A stretch of 64,000 nucleotides of DNA from Rhina ancylostomus (lineage: Eukaryota), in assembly GCA_030265395.1 (NCBI GenBank), contig JARFYF010000036.1, forward strand, positions 26,695,627 through 26,759,626. The letters run 5' to 3'. The translations under genes were made by a program, and so were the position numbers. Position 1 is the first letter of the stretch. The number at the start of each line of letters is the position of its first letter. Positions 63,496 through 64,000 of the stretch are shown in pieces. The notes under the pieces were generated by a model. The model ran no database searches, was not told the origin of the DNA, and saw only the letters and a list, made by a program, of their open reading frames with translations.

Positions 63496-64000
63496 TCTTA
63501 GGTGACTGATAGGGCCAATGTGGGATCTATTCATTCTTCTACAAGTGTTGCAGGCTGGTTGGAGAGGTAGTTTGGGAGGTGTGGTTCTTCTGCCATTTTA
63601 GATTAACTTTCAATGCTCCCAACAAAAAGAATCAGGACTCAGTGTGTGCCCCTTCTCCATTTTGTGCAGTCATGGGTCAGGGGCTCTCATGAGTTATTGA
63701 TGACATTACTTTTGTAATGGGGGCAGGGGTTTGAGATCTTCCTTCATTCCCTTTCCTTGTTCCCTGGTTTTTTTTTGCTTTGATGGAGGTTGGAATAGGA
63801 TGAAAGAGATATAGTCCCATGCATTGATTCATTTATCCTTCCCATGGATTTGGAGGATTTTACAGTCACAGAGTTGGTGGTACCTCTCCAGTGCTTTGAG
63901 TCACGTGTTGCAAGTAATCCATGCCTCTGAAGCATACAGCAAGCGAACGATCACAACTACCCATTAGACCACAAATTTAATGCTGAGATTACATCAGCAA

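Larger units (their letters stand above)
14587..64000 (-). other. Probable long first intron of NOL4L (over 49 kb; first coding exon outside the window)
   Basis: I found no sequence encoding the NOL4-family N-terminus (WCLRTYGD...YVPVK) here. The region is repeats and AT-rich unique DNA. An undetected small exon cannot be excluded. Confidence 0.7.

Noticed and set aside
1-64000. CRISPR array, operons or other prokaryotic systems
   Set aside because: The sequence is eukaryotic intron and repeat DNA, with no regularly spaced repeat-spacer array and no long intact ORFs.

Overview
This is AT-rich, repeat-dense vertebrate genomic DNA with 12 N-gaps. The repeat set (CR1, RTE/BovB-like and Rex1/Babar LINEs, V-SINEs, a Deu-SINE, Penelope-like elements) is typical of a cartilaginous fish, probably a ray-like species; that assignment is inference. 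The only host gene I can support is a NOL4L/NOL4-family gene on the minus strand, with three in-frame coding exons (14586-14431, 4661-4550, 4442-4333) and canonical GT-AG splice sites. Its first coding exon is not in the window, so 14587-64000 is probably one very long intron. The most striking signal is a family of short fold-back (inverted-repeat) insertions. Several have 11-17 bp target-site duplications, and most carry a minimal hammerhead-ribozyme-like motif (stem I-CUGANGA-stem II-GAAAC-GUH-stem I). One copy is still attached to a Penelope GIY-YIG endonuclease fragment. Other observations are a TGTCA...TGACA solo-LTR family, a nested insertion series, a perfect 65-bp dispersed duplication, and one probable assembly chimera. 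Repeat boundaries were read by eye and are approximate, and no database searches were run.
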